Below the pieces are notes generated by a model. It was not told where the DNA came from, did no database searches, and saw only the letters and a list, made by a program, of their open reading frames with translations. A stretch of 64,000 bases of DNA, from NCBI RefSeq assembly GCF_009914755.1, contig NC_060928.1; one strand, written 5' to 3'. The translations under genes were made by a program, and so were the position numbers. Below, piece by piece: positions 1 through 64,000 of this stretch; the stretch's first letter is position 1, and each line of letters starts with the position of its first letter. Origin of the DNA: the human T2T-CHM13v2.0 reference genome, Homo sapiens.

Positions 1-170
1 TTGAGAACTTTGGCAAATTACTGATCCTCTTTGTGTCTCTTTCCTCATCTGTTAATTAGACCCAATTATTTTAGTACCTACCTCATGGAGTTGTGAAGAA
101 GAAATTAGCTAATATATTTAAAGTGCATAATAGATTTTAGTGTGTCGAAAGAACTCCATGGATATTGCTC
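1..170. mobile_element. MIR fragment
   Basis: ggcaaattact...ttcctcatctgt...tacctacctcatggagttgtgaaga MIR core. Confidence 0.6.
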
Positions 171-896
171 ATTAGAAAATAAATCATATCATATAATTCA
201 CATTTTCATGTTTCCTATTATATACTTATTAATTATGATATATCAATATCAATAGCATTTATCTTACTGGTCAAATGGATATGAAAATAAAAGTAATGAA
301 ATAAGGTTGATGTGGCTTGTTTCAGGGGAATCCATACCTTAAAGGAGCTATGTCCTACAAAGGCACTTTGCTTATTTGTTCATTGTTTTCATAAAGAATT
401 CTGAAATTATCTGTCTGATCCATTAGAAAATATTATAGATATTGATGTCTAGTTTATTTTTAAATGTTTTATTTATAAAATTTGGCTGAGATCAAATGCA
501 TATATTCTCGGAGTGTTCACATATACATTTAATCTCAAAAACCACTTATGTGATTAAAGACCAACAACAAAAGTATTTTCAGTTTTTCAGTGCTTTATTG
601 ATAAAAAGGTGTTTATAAGTATAAGCTCTCTTCTGGGGAGTCCTGTGTGGATTTCGGTAAATGACTCAGTCATTCCCATCACCTGCAGATGTTTAATAAT
701 GCCCTAGGACCATTCTGATCCCAAATATGGATCACATGATTATGCCTCTACTTTCCTTCCTTTGGGAAATTCATGATATGAACTTCATTGCAAAAAGGCT
801 TAGCATTATTTTAAGAATTGATGAAAGTGATAAAACACTTCAATATTAAGGGTTTAACCTTGAATTCTTATTTTGTGATTCAAAAAATATTTTTAG

Positions 897-62545
<61,649 letters not shown>

Positions 62546-62874
62546 GTATGGTATTTATTTTATCATTGAGAGAATAAATGGAATCATAGGCTAAGAATCC
62601 TTCAAGCAACTACACTACTAAGAATGGTTGGCAGCCCACCCTGTTTAGTAGTGAGAAAGTCAATTTGTGTCCTAGTTAAAATATTGGTTTTTAACTCTTT
62701 TATCAGAGAACAAAAGTGGCTTAAGCAAACCGAGAGACTGATTTATCTCTCATGAAAAAGTTTATCTGGTTGACAGTTTACAGGGATAGGGTAGCTTTGC
62801 TTCACAGGGTTATCTAAGGACCTAGATCCTTTTCTCTATCTTTTTACTTTGCTGTCTCCCAAGGGTCAGGCCCT

Positions 62875-63200
62875 TGTTTGGGTCCATTTCGTGCTGCCAC
62901 AGTGGAATTTATAAACAGAAATTTATTGGCTCACAGTTTTGGAGGCTGAAAAGTCTAACGTCAAGCCACCAGAAGATTTGACGATCCCAATTCCAAGATG
63001 GCACCTTGAACACTGCACCTTCAGATGGTGGAAGGGCAAAGAGGCAAAAGGGGATCAAACTCGCCCTCTTATAATGGCATTAATCTCACTCAGGAGGGCT
63101 CTGCCTTATCACCTCTTAAAGGTCCTATCTCTTAATATTGTAAAAACAGCCGCTAAATTTCAACATGAGTTTTGGAGGGAATAAACATTCCAACCATAGC
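62875..63200 (-). mobile_element. MST-type MaLR LTR
   Basis: aaatttattggctcacagttttggaggctg...catgagttttggagggaataaacattccaaccatagca. Confidence 0.75.
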
Positions 63201-63714
63201 AGCCCTCATCTCATGACAGAAGGTGACTACTCAGCTGATCCTCAGCCCTGCTTGCCCCTGTATACAGGAATGGGAAAGTTGAGGGCAAGCAGCTTTGTTT
63301 TTATATTTTTGTTTGTTTGTTTGTTTTTCATGTAGTGGCATGAACCTACATATGTACATTGTAACTGAGTGGCTAAAATCTTGGAGTTTCTAAAAGGAAG
63401 AAAGGGAGGCTGGGTGTTGAGGGACAAGTAGCAGTCTCTACTACAATCTGTAAGCACTGAACACTTTTCAACTTTCCTCCCTTATCTGAGTTCAGTTACT
63501 CCCCCAGTTCTAGTTTAATCTGATTTATAGTATTGTATGGGATGGAAATGACTAAGAAGAATACATGGGTTTTTAATATATAGATTCTTGGAACTCAGAA
63601 CTCATCATCTCTGCAGTTTCACAAAATCTGTTTAGTTGAAAATATTATAACAAATAGTTGTTCTGCTTTTTTAAACATAAATGAGAGTCATAATGGTAAG
63701 TTCATGTTATTCTA

Positions 63715-63935
63715 TAACAGCGTCAACAAACTGTGGCAAACAGGCCAAATTTGGCCTACTGTCTGATTTTGTAAATAAAGCTTTGTTAGAATATAGCCAT
63801 ACTCACTTATATATGATCTATGGCTGCTTATGCAATACAACAGCAGAACTGAATAGTTCCAACAAAGTTTGTCTGGCTCCCAGTGCCTAAAATATTACTA
63901 TCCAGCCCTTTACAGAAAAGGTTTGCCCGCTCTGA
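63715..63935. mobile_element. MER58A-type hAT fossil
   Basis: ggccaaatttggcc...tttgtaaataaagc...ccctttacagaaaaggtttgcc. Confidence 0.75.
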
Positions 63936-64000
63936 TCTGTAGCTGTATCATACGGCACAGTGGACACAATCCTTTGTTGCTGATGAATGTCTCTTCCAGA

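Overview
Human (primate) genomic DNA, AT-rich and repeat-dense. It holds the central part of ATP10D, a P4-ATPase lipid flippase, on the + strand. I read 18 consecutive coding exons from 897 to 62545, probably exons 5-22 (numbering from my recollection of the reference transcript). All have GT-AG boundaries and splice into one open frame of 3251 nt. That frame contains the PISL TM4 motif, the DKTGTLT phosphorylation site, [19 protein letters not shown] and GDGAND. The start and last exons lie outside the window. Introns contain L1, L2, MIR, Alu, MaLR LTRs, DNA-transposon fossils and a full-length antisense HERV-W (LTR17) solo LTR. I found no evidence of a new biological system. The most interesting unexplained details are a ~70-bp inverted templated insertion in intron 18, a near-pristine AluYa5-lineage insertion, the intact LTR17 promoter, and inverted Alu pairs flanking phase-0 exon blocks. 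Repeat subfamily names come from recalled consensus sequences, not from a database search.
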